64,000 nucleotides of DNA. It comes from Gemmatimonadota bacterium (GTDB lineage: Bacteria; Gemmatimonadota; Gemmatimonadetes; Gemmatimonadales; JACORV01). Within the stretch, counting starts at the first letter, position 1. Each line of letters begins with the position of its first letter. Position numbers and translations under genes: made by a program. The notes beneath the pieces are model-generated. The model was not told the DNA's origin. It did not search any database and saw only the letters and a list, made by a program, of their open reading frames with translations. The stretch lies in contig JBGOSS010000015.1 in the NCBI GenBank assembly GCA_041476105.1, forward strand, positions 2,829 through 66,828. Direction: 5' to 3'. Shown here piece by piece: positions 43,860-52,569 of this stretch.

Positions 43860-45733
43860 AGCTCTTCCGCTGGAAGGCGATCGTCCCGGCGCTGCTGGTG
43901 CTCGCGCTCGTGGTCGTGGTCTGGACGCTGACCGTTGACCTGGCGGTGCGCCGGGCCATCGAGAGCGCCGGCAGCGAGGTGGTCGGCGCCAGGGTCGAGC
44001 TCCAGGGGGCGCGGCTGCGCCTGCGCCGGGCCGACCTGGTGCTCACCGGCCTCCAGGTCGCCGACCCCAACGCGCCGATGCGAAACCTGGTGGAGGTGCC
44101 GGAGGTCAGGGCGGCGCTCAACGGTCACGCGCTGCTAATGAAGAAGATCGTGGTCGAATCGGTGGTGGTGCGCGGTGTGCGTTTCGGGACGCCGCGGCGG
44201 ACGTCGGGGGCGTTGACCAACGCGTCGCCCACCACGGGGCTGGTAACGCGCCGGGTGCTGGGCTGGATCAACGGCATCCCGAGGCCGACACTCGACCTCG
44301 AGGGCCTGGTGGGCGCGGTGGTGCGGGTGCCGGCGATCAGCAGCGACAGCTTGCGGACGCCGCGGCAGGCGCGCCTGGTGGCCGCGCAGGGTGACTCGCT
44401 GCGGACCGCCCTGGAGGCGGAGTTGCGCGGGCTCGACCCGCGCCCCACCGCGGACTCGGCGCGCGCCCTGGTGGACCGGCTGAGGTCGGCGGACCTGCGC
44501 CGCATGAACCCGATCCAGCTCGCGTCGAGCGCCAGCGACGTGCGGGGCATGATCGGGCGCGTCGGCGGCATGAAGGCGCGCCTGGACACGGCGAAGGCGC
44601 ACGCCGACCGCGGGCTGCGCTCGCTGCACGACGGCGTCACGGGCATCGAGGAAGCGCGGCGCGCCGACCTCACCTTCGTCCACGGGCTGGTGCACCTGCC
44701 GTCGTTCGACGCTCCGGACGTTTCGATGGCGCTGTTCGGTCCGATGGTGACCGAGCGCCTCAAGCCGCTGATGTACTGGGTGAACCTCGCCGAGGAGTAC
44801 ATACCGCCGGGTCTCGATCCCCGACGCCGGACCGGGCCGCGGCGGCTGCGCCGCACCGGCACGACCTTCGACTTTCCGCTCGCGCACGCCTGGCCGACCT
44901 TCCTGGTGGAGCGGGCAGCGGCCGACCTCGTGATCGGCGGCCGGACGGCGGCGGCCGGCTCCTATTCGGCCAGGATCACCGGCGCCACAACCGAACCCGC
45001 GGTCTACGGGCGGCCGATGGTCTTCGCGGCGGAACGGAGCAGCACCGTCGGGCCGCGCGACCTCAAGGTCAACGGTACGATGGACCGCACCGGGGCCGTG
45101 CCGCGCGATTCACTCGTCACGCTGGTGCCCGGTGTCGCGATTCCGGCCTTCGCGGTCCCGCGGACCGGCGCGAGCCTCGACCTCGGCGACACCAGCGTGA
45201 TCGAGCTGGCCCTGGCGCGAAGCGGCCCGGAGCTACGGGGTCGGTGGCGGCTGACATCCGACGCGGTCCACTGGGCCCGCGCCGGCGACTCGGCCACGGC
45301 AACAGGGCCCGCGCCGCGCATCGGCTCGCCGGCCTGGGCCGAAGCGCTGATCTGGCGCTCGGTGGCGGCGATTCCGCGGGTCGAGATTGTGGCCCGGATC
45401 AGCGGGCCGCTCGCGAGCCCGCGCCTGGCACTCTCCTCGAACGTCGGGGACGCGCTGGCCGACACCATCAAGCGCGCCATGGGTGCCGAGCTGGAGCGGG
45501 CGGAATCCCAGGTACGCGCCAGGGTAGATTCCCTGGTCGCAGGGCAGGTGGCGGAGGTGCGCGGCAGGGTCAGCGCGCTCGAGGGCCAGGTTGTCGGGCA
45601 ACTGGGGGCGCCCCGGCAGCAGCTGGCGCAGCTCGAGGACGAGCTGAACCAGCTCCTGCGCCAGGTGACCAACGTGGTTCCGGGCGTGCGCTTGCCGGCG
45701 CTGCCCGGTATTCCCCGGCCAGGGAGGCCGTAG
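43856..45733 (+). CDS. TIGR03545-like large membrane-anchored protein
   Basis: N-terminal anchor WKAIVPALLVLALVVVVW, then the AsmA-like start LQGARLRLRRADLVLTGLQVADPNAPMRNLVEV. 625 aa. Confidence 0.65.
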   Translation: MKLFRWKAIVPALLVLALVVVVWTLTVDLAVRRAIESAGSEVVGARVELQGARLRLRRADLVLTGLQVADPNAPMRNLVEVPEVRAALNGHALLMKKIVVESVVVRGVRFGTPRRTSGALTNASPTTGLVTRRVLGWINGIPRPTLDLEGLVGAVVRVPAISSDSLRTPRQARLVAAQGDSLRTALEAELRGLDPRPTADSARALVDRLRSADLRRMNPIQLASSASDVRGMIGRVGGMKARLDTAKAHADRGLRSLHDGVTGIEEARRADLTFVHGLVHLPSFDAPDVSMALFGPMVTERLKPLMYWVNLAEEYIPPGLDPRRRTGPRRLRRTGTTFDFPLAHAWPTFLVERAAADLVIGGRTAAAGSYSARITGATTEPAVYGRPMVFAAERSSTVGPRDLKVNGTMDRTGAVPRDSLVTLVPGVAIPAFAVPRTGASLDLGDTSVIELALARSGPELRGRWRLTSDAVHWARAGDSATATGPAPRIGSPAWAEALIWRSVAAIPRVEIVARISGPLASPRLALSSNVGDALADTIKRAMGAELERAESQVRARVDSLVAGQVAEVRGRVSALEGQVVGQLGAPRQQLAQLEDELNQLLRQVTNVVPGVRLPALPGIPRPGRP

Positions 45734-46401
45734 TGCCAACCGTCATGATGCTCGGTGCCACCGGCCTGGTCGGCAGCGAGTGCCTGAAGCTCATGCTGAA
45801 CGAGCCGACGATCTCGCGCGTGGTCGTGCTCGCCCGCCGCACCCTGCCCGCGACGCTGGGCTCGGCCAAGCTCTCGCGGCACGTGGTGGACCTGGAGCGA
45901 CTCGACGAAGCCCGGGAGCGCTTTGCCGGCGTGGACGCGATCGTCTGCGCCCTGGGCACGACGATGAAGCAGGCCGGCTCGAAGGAGCGCTTCCGGGCGG
46001 TGGACTACGGCATTCCCCTCGCGGCGGCGAAGATCGGCCTCGCGCAGGGCGTGCGGCAGTACGTGCTGGTCAGCTCCCTCGGAGCGAACGCGCACTCACC
46101 GATCTTCTACAACCGGGTCAAGGGTGATCTCGAGGAGGCACTGGGCGGCCTCGGCTTCGAGAGCCTCACCATCCTGCGGCCGTCGTTTCTGCTGGGCGCA
46201 CGCGCGGAGTTCCGGATGGGCGAGGCGATCGCGAAGGTCTTCGCGCCGTTCATCCCCGGCAAGATGCGCGGCATCCCGGCGCGCGACGTGGCGCGCTGCG
46301 CCGTGCTGGCGGTCCAGGAGCGGCCGGCCGGCAAGCGCGTGGTGGAATCGCCGGAGATCCGGGCTTGGGCGAGCGGCGACACGACGAAGAGAACCGACTG
46401 A
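45733..46401 (+). CDS. NAD(P)H-binding atypical SDR (HTATIP2-like oxidoreductase)
   Basis: MMLGATGLVGSECL Rossmann motif, VSSLGAN and YNRVKGDLE. Confidence 0.8.
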   Translation: MPTVMMLGATGLVGSECLKLMLNEPTISRVVVLARRTLPATLGSAKLSRHVVDLERLDEARERFAGVDAIVCALGTTMKQAGSKERFRAVDYGIPLAAAKIGLAQGVRQYVLVSSLGANAHSPIFYNRVKGDLEEALGGLGFESLTILRPSFLLGARAEFRMGEAIAKVFAPFIPGKMRGIPARDVARCAVLAVQERPAGKRVVESPEIRAWASGDTTKRTD

Positions 46402-46925
46402 GCCAGCGGTGGCGGACCCAGCGACCCGGCGGCGACGAGCACGCGCCCTTCTACGCGGTCTACATCGACGAGGCGGGAACGGGCGACCTGGTCGCGACGC
46501 TGGAGCGCCAGGTGTCGGAGATCGGGGCGCTGGTGCGCGGGATTCCCGAGGCGCGGGGCGATCATCGTTACGCCGAGGGAAAGTGGAGCATCAAGGACGT
46601 CGTGCTCCACGTGTGTGACGCGGAGCGCGTCTTCGCCTATCGCCTGATGCGGTTCGCGCGCAGCGATCCGACCGAGCTCCCCGGGTTCGACGAAGGGACG
46701 TACGTGAAGAACGCCGACGCCGGGTCCCGGACACTGGCCCAGCTGGCGGCGGAATTCGAGGCGGTCCGGCGGGCGACGCTGGCGCTCCTCGCGCCCCTGG
46801 GCGACGACGCCATGGCGCGCCGTGGCGCGGCCAACGGCCGGGAGGTGTCGGCGCGTGCCCTGGCCTGGATCGTGGCCGGGCACGCCGCGCATCACGCGAA
46901 GGTGCTGAAGGAGCGCTACCTCTAG
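46365..46925 (+). CDS. DinB family protein
   Basis: WSIKDVVLHVCDAERVFAYRL...AGHAAHHAKVL (His triad pattern). The start is uncertain because ATG 46365 overlaps the upstream gene by 37 nt. Confidence 0.7.
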   Translation: MGERRHDEENRLSQRWRTQRPGGDEHAPFYAVYIDEAGTGDLVATLERQVSEIGALVRGIPEARGDHRYAEGKWSIKDVVLHVCDAERVFAYRLMRFARSDPTELPGFDEGTYVKNADAGSRTLAQLAAEFEAVRRATLALLAPLGDDAMARRGAANGREVSARALAWIVAGHAAHHAKVLKERYL

Positions 46926-47848
46926 GCGCCCGCCCCGGGCAGCTTGTCGATCGCCTGCTGAATCCGCTGCTGGCCGGGACCGGCCGGCACCCTGGCCTTG
47001 AGAGCCTCCAGGACGATGCGTGCCGAGTCGGGGACGCCGGCCGCCACGTAGGCGTCGGCGGTGAGCATACCCTTGCGCAGCTGGAATCGCGGGTTGTCGG
47101 CCTGCAGGGTGATAGCGGTGAGGATCCCCAGCGCCGCGCGACCGTTGCTCTGATCCTTGATGAGCGATTCCGCGCTGAGGAACGTCACAAAGGTGTCGTT
47201 CGGCATCTGGCGCACCAGCTCGCCGATGAGGCGCGCCGCGTCCGTCTTGCGGCCCGCCTCCCGCTCCCGCATCGCGTCGTGGAAGAGCCCGGCCACCAGC
47301 AGCCTGCGCACATCGGTGGTGTCACCCGAACGCAGGCCGACGCCGCCGGCGTAGTTGTACACCAGGACGCCGCCGTGCTCGGCGGCCCGGTACACCACGG
47401 CCAGCGCGACGAGCCCGCCCAGCGCCGACGCGAAACGGAGCGGGGTTCCGAGCTTGGCCTTGTTGGAGAGGGCGAGTGTTGCGATCTCGAGCACCGCCAG
47501 GCAGAGCAGGGCGGTGCGGGCCCACTCGCCTGCGTCCTCGTGCTCCTGAACCGCCTCGCGCGCCCCGGGCACCCGCTCGACCGGGCCGTGGGCGTCGGTG
47601 CCCGACCGTGCGGCCACCACGCCGGCGAGCGCGGCCAGCACGATCAGCGCGGTTGCCATCGCGTTGGTGAAGCGGAATCGCTCACCCAGCGGCAGCAGGG
47701 AGACGACGCGGGCGCCCACGCCGACGAAGGCCAGGGCGATGACGAAGTGGACGACCTGCGGGTGCCACGCGGCGAGGTTCGGCACGGCTCCATCCTCCAG
47801 GGGTAAGGCAATCCGCCCGGCCGGGGCGGCATGGTAGACTCTCAGCAA
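46922..47848 (-). CDS. DUF2231-like membrane protein with C-terminal helical-repeat domain
   Basis: HPQVVHFVIALAFVG...four helices, then a soluble TPR-like tail. TTG start. Confidence 0.6.
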   Translation of the reverse strand: MLRVYHAAPAGRIALPLEDGAVPNLAAWHPQVVHFVIALAFVGVGARVVSLLPLGERFRFTNAMATALIVLAALAGVVAARSGTDAHGPVERVPGAREAVQEHEDAGEWARTALLCLAVLEIATLALSNKAKLGTPLRFASALGGLVALAVVYRAAEHGGVLVYNYAGGVGLRSGDTTDVRRLLVAGLFHDAMREREAGRKTDAARLIGELVRQMPNDTFVTFLSAESLIKDQSNGRAALGILTAITLQADNPRFQLRKGMLTADAYVAAGVPDSARIVLEALKARVPAGPGQQRIQQAIDKLPGAGA

Positions 47849-47915
47849 TGGACCAGCTTCGCAACGTAACCGTCACCGGCGGCACCGGCTACGTCGGCCG
47901 GAGCGCGATTCCCGC

Positions 47916-50093
47916 CTATCGCAACGCCATCAGATCGCGCGCGGCGGCGTCGGCGCGCGCCGCCATCCGCAGGATCGCCGTGGCGACCACCGCCGACTGC
48001 TCGCGCGCCTCGGCGGCGTCTTTCTGCTCCACTGCCTCCCGGATGCCGGGCATCGTCTTCACGCCGTAGCCGGTGTAGAAGCCCGGCGCATAAATGGTGT
48101 GCCGGTACCACGGCCGGCGCGGGAGTCCGTGGTCGTCGGTGAGGTCCCGCTCGCTGAGGTAGACGTCGCGATTGATGGCGGTGAGCTGGGCGCGATGGGC
48201 ATCGAGCCAGGCGCTGCCGCGGGCCGTCGCCGCCACGAGCGCCGAGTCGTAGCGGGCGCCGGCTGCCGCGAGGACCTCTACGGCGCCGGTCACCGCGGTG
48301 AGGTCGAGGGTGTCGCGCAGGGTCCGCCGGGCCAGCGAATCGATCTCCCGCACGTAGCGCCGCTGGGTGGCCGCGGCGTCGGTGAACGAGAAGGGCAGGA
48401 CCGGGGCGTCGGCGAGGCGCAGCAAGGCCGTAGCCATCGCGCCCGACTGCGCGGCGGCGTACTTGAATCCGTCGTCGTAGAAGCGGGTGTAGAACTGGTA
48501 GCTGTCGTAGATCGAGTGGTAGACGCCAGCCTCCTGCGCGCCGCCGTGCCGCATGTCGGCGGAGGCGATGCCCAGGTGGTCGATGAAGACGGTGTAGTCC
48601 GAGCCGGAGCCAAGGGCGCCGATCCGCCACGGCAGGCGGCGGATCCGCGACGAATCGGCCTCGGTTCGTGCGCGCTCGAGTCCGCGGTCGATGGACTCCG
48701 CGATCTCGTCGTGTCCGTTCACCGGGTCATGGCTGTCGCGCGCGATCTCGCGGAAGAAGGTCTCCAGGGTGTGCGAGCCGGACGCGCCGAGGGCGCCCTT
48801 GCCGTTGGTATCGGAATTGAAGTAGGCGACCGCGTGGGTGCGCAGCGCGTCGGCGTTTGCCTCGGCCCACTCGGTCGAGCCCAGCAGGCCCCACTCCTCG
48901 CCGTCCCACAGCGCCAGCACGATGGTGCGCCGCGGGTGCCAGCCGCCGCGCTGCAGCTCGGCAAACGCGCGCGCTGTTTCCATCAGCGCGATGGCGCCCG
49001 ACAACGGGTCGTGCGCGCCGTTGACCCAGGCGTCGTGGTGATTGCCGTGCATCACCCACTGGTCGCCGTCGGTCGAGCCGGGGATGGTCACGATCACGTC
49101 GTACAGCGGCCGGACCTGCCAGTCGAACCGGAGTGCCAGGTGCACACGCGCGGGCCCGGGGCCCAGGTGGTACGGCACCGCCAGCGCGCCCTTCCAGCTG
49201 TCGAGCGGAGCCATGGGGCCGCTGAGGGCGCGGAGCAGGGGCAGGGCATCGCCGTACGAGATGGGCAGGACCGGAATCCGCTCGATGGTGGTGACCGACT
49301 CGCGGGGCAGCATCCTCGCGCCGGGCCGGTTACCCCAGCCCGGGGTGAGCGGATCACCGGGATAGGTCGGCATGTCCATCACGCTGCCGCGCTGCACGCC
49401 CTGCTCGGGCCGCATCGGACCGTTGGGATACACGTCGTCGGTCCAATAGCCGTCGTCGCGCGGATCGGAGTAGATCAGGCAGCCGATCGCGCCGTGCTCG
49501 GCGGCGACCTTCGGCTTGATCCCGCGCCAGCTGCCGCCGTAGCGGGCGATCACGATCTTGCCGCGGACGTCCACGCCGAGCCGGGCCAGCTCCGCGTAGT
49601 CGGCGGGAATGCCGTAGTTCACGTAGACCAGGTCGCCGGTGACGTCTCCGTCGGGGGAGTAGGCGTTGAAGGTGGGCAGCTGTCCGGCGTCCCGGGAATC
49701 CGAGTCCTGCGGGATCGCCGGCTCCCGCAGCTGCAGCACGTAGCGCGTCGGCGCGACCATCTCCACGCGGCGCGTCACGGGCGTCGGCATGAGCGCTTGG
49801 AGTGTGTCGATGCGGGCGTCGAGGCCCCACTCGCGGAAGCGGGCCAGAGCGTACTGGGCCACGGCGAGGCTGCGCGCCGATCCGGCGTGGTGCGGCTCGG
49901 CCGACATGAAGGAGAGGTACTGTCGCAGCCGTGCGGTGTCGGGGCTCGCGCGCAGCGCCGCCTCGAGACGGGCCCGCTCGGGGAGGGCGTCGGAGGGGTA
50001 GCCGCGGATGGGCTGCTGGGCCGCCGCCGCCGTCGCCAGGAGAACGAGAGCGCCGCAGGAGGCGGACGCCAGGACACCGAGGGGTTTCGGCAC
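47916..50093 (-). CDS. M28 family peptidase, glutamate carboxypeptidase II / transferrin-receptor-like
   Basis: PA domain (GKIVIARYGG), M28 motifs HGNHHDAWVNGAHDPLSG and WDGEEWGLLGSTEW, and a C-terminal TFR dimerisation-like region. Confidence 0.9.
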   Translation of the reverse strand: MPKPLGVLASASCGALVLLATAAAAQQPIRGYPSDALPERARLEAALRASPDTARLRQYLSFMSAEPHHAGSARSLAVAQYALARFREWGLDARIDTLQALMPTPVTRRVEMVAPTRYVLQLREPAIPQDSDSRDAGQLPTFNAYSPDGDVTGDLVYVNYGIPADYAELARLGVDVRGKIVIARYGGSWRGIKPKVAAEHGAIGCLIYSDPRDDGYWTDDVYPNGPMRPEQGVQRGSVMDMPTYPGDPLTPGWGNRPGARMLPRESVTTIERIPVLPISYGDALPLLRALSGPMAPLDSWKGALAVPYHLGPGPARVHLALRFDWQVRPLYDVIVTIPGSTDGDQWVMHGNHHDAWVNGAHDPLSGAIALMETARAFAELQRGGWHPRRTIVLALWDGEEWGLLGSTEWAEANADALRTHAVAYFNSDTNGKGALGASGSHTLETFFREIARDSHDPVNGHDEIAESIDRGLERARTEADSSRIRRLPWRIGALGSGSDYTVFIDHLGIASADMRHGGAQEAGVYHSIYDSYQFYTRFYDDGFKYAAAQSGAMATALLRLADAPVLPFSFTDAAATQRRYVREIDSLARRTLRDTLDLTAVTGAVEVLAAAGARYDSALVAATARGSAWLDAHRAQLTAINRDVYLSERDLTDDHGLPRRPWYRHTIYAPGFYTGYGVKTMPGIREAVEQKDAAEAREQSAVVATAILRMAARADAAARDLMALR

Positions 50094-50219
50094 TGTTCGC
50101 AGGTCCTGTTGGGGAAAAGACTGAGGAAACCTTCAACCTCCGTTTACGGATTACTCAGGCCGGAGGTTGACCGTGAGACTAGTTTGCTTCTGGTATCTCC
50201 CCGGCGGAAGGAGCGGGCC

Positions 50220-50771
50220 GTGATCTGGCCATTCGTGGACCTGTGGGAGCGGGCGCTGACGTACGACGCGTTCGTGAAGACGTCGACCCAGCACTGCGGC
50301 CTGTGGACCGGCGTCTACCGGCTGGCGCGCGTGCCGGCATGGGCGGTGGAGAAGACGGCCCGCCTCGAGGGGGGCTTCCGCCTGGTGGTGCTGGCCGAGG
50401 ATTGGTGCGGCGACGCGACCAACACGGTGCCCGTCCTGGCGAAGTGGGCCGAGCTGGTGCCCAACGTCGAGCTTCGCATCCTGCGCCGGGACGAGCATCC
50501 CGAGGTCATGGATCGCTACCTCACGGACGGGGCGCGGGCCATTCCGGTCGTGATCGTGCTGACGGATCAGATGGAGGAGCTGGGCTGGTGGGGTCCCCGG
50601 CCCCGGGCCCTGCAGGGCTGGACCCTCGCGCAGCGCTCCATCGGCCGCGACAAGAAGGCGCTCTATCCCGAGGTGCGGCGCTGGTACGCGAAGGACAGGG
50701 GGGAGACGACGCTGCGGGAGGTGCTTGCCGTGCTGGAGCGCGCCCGCCATGTTGAAGGCGTCCCGACCTGA
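50220..50771 (+). CDS. Thioredoxin-fold family protein
   Basis: GGAAGGAG SD upstream of the GTG. LVVLAEDWCGDATNTVPVLAK. Followed 16 nt later by the peroxiredoxin. Confidence 0.7.
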   Translation: MIWPFVDLWERALTYDAFVKTSTQHCGLWTGVYRLARVPAWAVEKTARLEGGFRLVVLAEDWCGDATNTVPVLAKWAELVPNVELRILRRDEHPEVMDRYLTDGARAIPVVIVLTDQMEELGWWGPRPRALQGWTLAQRSIGRDKKALYPEVRRWYAKDRGETTLREVLAVLERARHVEGVPT

Positions 50772-50787
50772 CCGGAGCCGCCTCGTG

Positions 50788-51369
50788 ATGCGTTCGTCCT
50801 GCCTCGCCGCCGCGCTCGTCGCGTTCGCCGCTCCCGCCGCGCGCGCGCAGCAACCGGCCGCCCCCGCCGCGCCGCCGGCCCTCGAAGTCGGGGCCGCCGC
50901 GCCGGACTTCAGCCTCTCGGGCGCGACGCGCTTCGGGGTCCTGCGGGATCCCGTCCGCCTCAGCGACTTGCGCGACAAGACCGTGGTCATCGCCTTCTTC
51001 TACCGGGCCCGGACCCGCGGCTGAACCATCCAAATGAACGCGTACCGTGATCAGTACGCGCAGGTTTTCAAGAACGGCAAGGACGTGGTCCTCATCGGCA
51101 TCAGCACCGATGCCGACACCATGCTCGCCTCCTGGGCGCGCGATTCGCAGTTCCCGTTCCTGTTCCTCAGCGATCCCGACGGGTCGGTGGGCCGCGCCTG
51201 GGGCGCGACGGTCCCGGGTCGGAACATGGATGCGCGAAACCTGTTCATCGTGAGGAACGGGCAGGTCGTCGAGCGCATGGTGCCGTTCCGCGAAGTGGAC
51301 CCGCAGGCGTATGTGACGCTGGGTGCCGCGGTGGCCCGGCTGACGCCGCAGGACAGTACCAGGAACTAG
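50788..51369 (+). CDS. Secreted peroxiredoxin (AhpC/TSA-Bcp-like) with in-frame UGA at the peroxidatic Cys position: candidate selenoprotein
   Basis: ORFs 50725..51024 and 51034..51369 are in the same frame, separated only by TGA 51022-51024. The joined sequence reads KTVVIAFFYRARTRG-[UGA]-TIQMNAYRDQY...VVLIGISTD...FPFLFLSDPDG...ARNLFIV, giving the T-x-x-C(U) and conserved Arg context. Signal peptide MRSSCLAAALVAFAAPAARAQ. Confidence 0.6.
51039..51060 (+). promoter_or_regulatory. Candidate bacterial SECIS stem-loop
   Basis: CGCGTAC-CGTGATCA-GTACGCG: perfect 7-bp stem and an 8-nt loop containing GU. Starts 14 nt after the UGA. Confidence 0.45.
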
Positions 51370-51854
51370 AGGGCGCGGCGGATCGCCGCGTCGAGGTCCT
51401 GGTCGGCCCCGCTGCCGGTGTAGACCACGCGGCCGCGGCCGTCCAGGATGACGATGTACGACGTTGCCGGCGCCTCGAAGGTCCTCACCGCGGCGCCGGT
51501 ATTGTCGTAGTAGAACCGGAACGGCATCGGGTGCCGCGCGAGATGGCGCTTCATGCTGTTGAGCGACTGGTTCACCCCCACCCCCACCACCACGAACTCC
51601 ACCCGGCCGCCGTAGCGCCGCTGCGCCGCCTGCATCCGGGGCAGCAGCGCCTCGCAGATCTCGCACCAGGTGGCCCAGAACTCGAAGAGCACCGGCTTCT
51701 TCCCGACGAAGGTCGCCGCGAGATCGACGGCCCGGCCGCTGGTGTCCTGGACCAGCGCCGCCGCCGGCACGCTGCCTAACGACAATCCGATGTCCTGCGC
51801 GCGCAGCGCCGGCGCGGCGAGCAGTGAAGCGAGCACGATCGCGGCGATCTTCAC
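51366..51854 (-). CDS. TlpA/ResA-like periplasmic thiol:disulfide oxidoreductase
   Basis: Signal peptide VKIAAIVLASLLAAPALRAQ. Active site FWATWCEIC. GTGA overlap with ccdA. Confidence 0.85.
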   Translation of the reverse strand: MKIAAIVLASLLAAPALRAQDIGLSLGSVPAAALVQDTSGRAVDLAATFVGKKPVLFEFWATWCEICEALLPRMQAAQRRYGGRVEFVVVGVGVNQSLNSMKRHLARHPMPFRFYYDNTGAAVRTFEAPATSYIVILDGRGRVVYTGSGADQDLDAAIRRAL

Positions 51855-52549
51855 AGCGTGGTCCCGACCTGGATGAAGTAGTACTCGGCGACGCCGATCA
51901 GAATGATACCACCGACCTTCTTGATCCGGGCCATCCAGATGCCCGCGCGGGGAAGGGCCGCGAGAGTCCCCGAGAACACGCCGACGGCAATCAGGATCGC
52001 GGACATGCCGAGCGAGAAGACGAACAGGTAGAGAAAGCCCAGCACCCCACTCCGCGTCGCCGCGACCCAGGTGAGCACCGCCGCAAACGCCGGCGCGCCG
52101 CAGGGCGCCGCCACGATGCCGCTGGTGGCACCGAGGAGAAACACCGACGGGTACGAACCCCCGCCGAGGGAGCCGGCCCAGGCCAGCAGGCGCCGCGGCG
52201 CGGCCACCGGGATGACGTCCAGCATCGCGAGGCCCGCGAGCAGGAGCAGGTTGCCGGTGGCGAAACGCACCCACGGGTTGGCGCTGATCGTCCCGAAGAG
52301 CTGGCCCGTCATCCCGGCGAGGAGGCCGAGCACGGCGTAGAAGATCGAGAGGCCGAGGACGTAGGTCAGGGTGAGACCGACGGCCCGTACCCGGGACGTG
52401 CCCTCGCGCCGGCTGCCGGCCAGGAGACCCGCGGTGATGGGGATCATCGGGTAGATGCACGGCGTCAGGCTGGTGAGCAGGCCGGCGCCGAAGAGCGCGG
52501 CGAGGGCCGCGAAGGGATTCTGGGAGAGGGTCTGCGAGAGGCCTTGCAC
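51851..52549 (-). CDS. ccdA: Cytochrome c biogenesis protein CcdA / DsbD-type transmembrane electron transporter
   Basis: TSLTPCIYPMIP and VAAPCGAP cysteine motifs. Six TM helices. GTG 52549 is the chosen start. Confidence 0.85.
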   Translation of the reverse strand: MQGLSQTLSQNPFAALAALFGAGLLTSLTPCIYPMIPITAGLLAGSRREGTSRVRAVGLTLTYVLGLSIFYAVLGLLAGMTGQLFGTISANPWVRFATGNLLLLAGLAMLDVIPVAAPRRLLAWAGSLGGGSYPSVFLLGATSGIVAAPCGAPAFAAVLTWVAATRSGVLGFLYLFVFSLGMSAILIAVGVFSGTLAALPRAGIWMARIKKVGGIILIGVAEYYFIQVGTTL

Positions 52550-52569
52550 GGGAGAAATGTACCCGTTCC

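Noticed and set aside
51022-51033. Peroxiredoxin as two independent genes (re-initiation at ATG 51034)
   Set aside because: The upstream fragment would be a signal peptide plus half a fold. The downstream fragment would lack both a signal and a catalytic residue. Same-frame continuity and the position of the UGA argue for one gene (Sec or a pseudogene).
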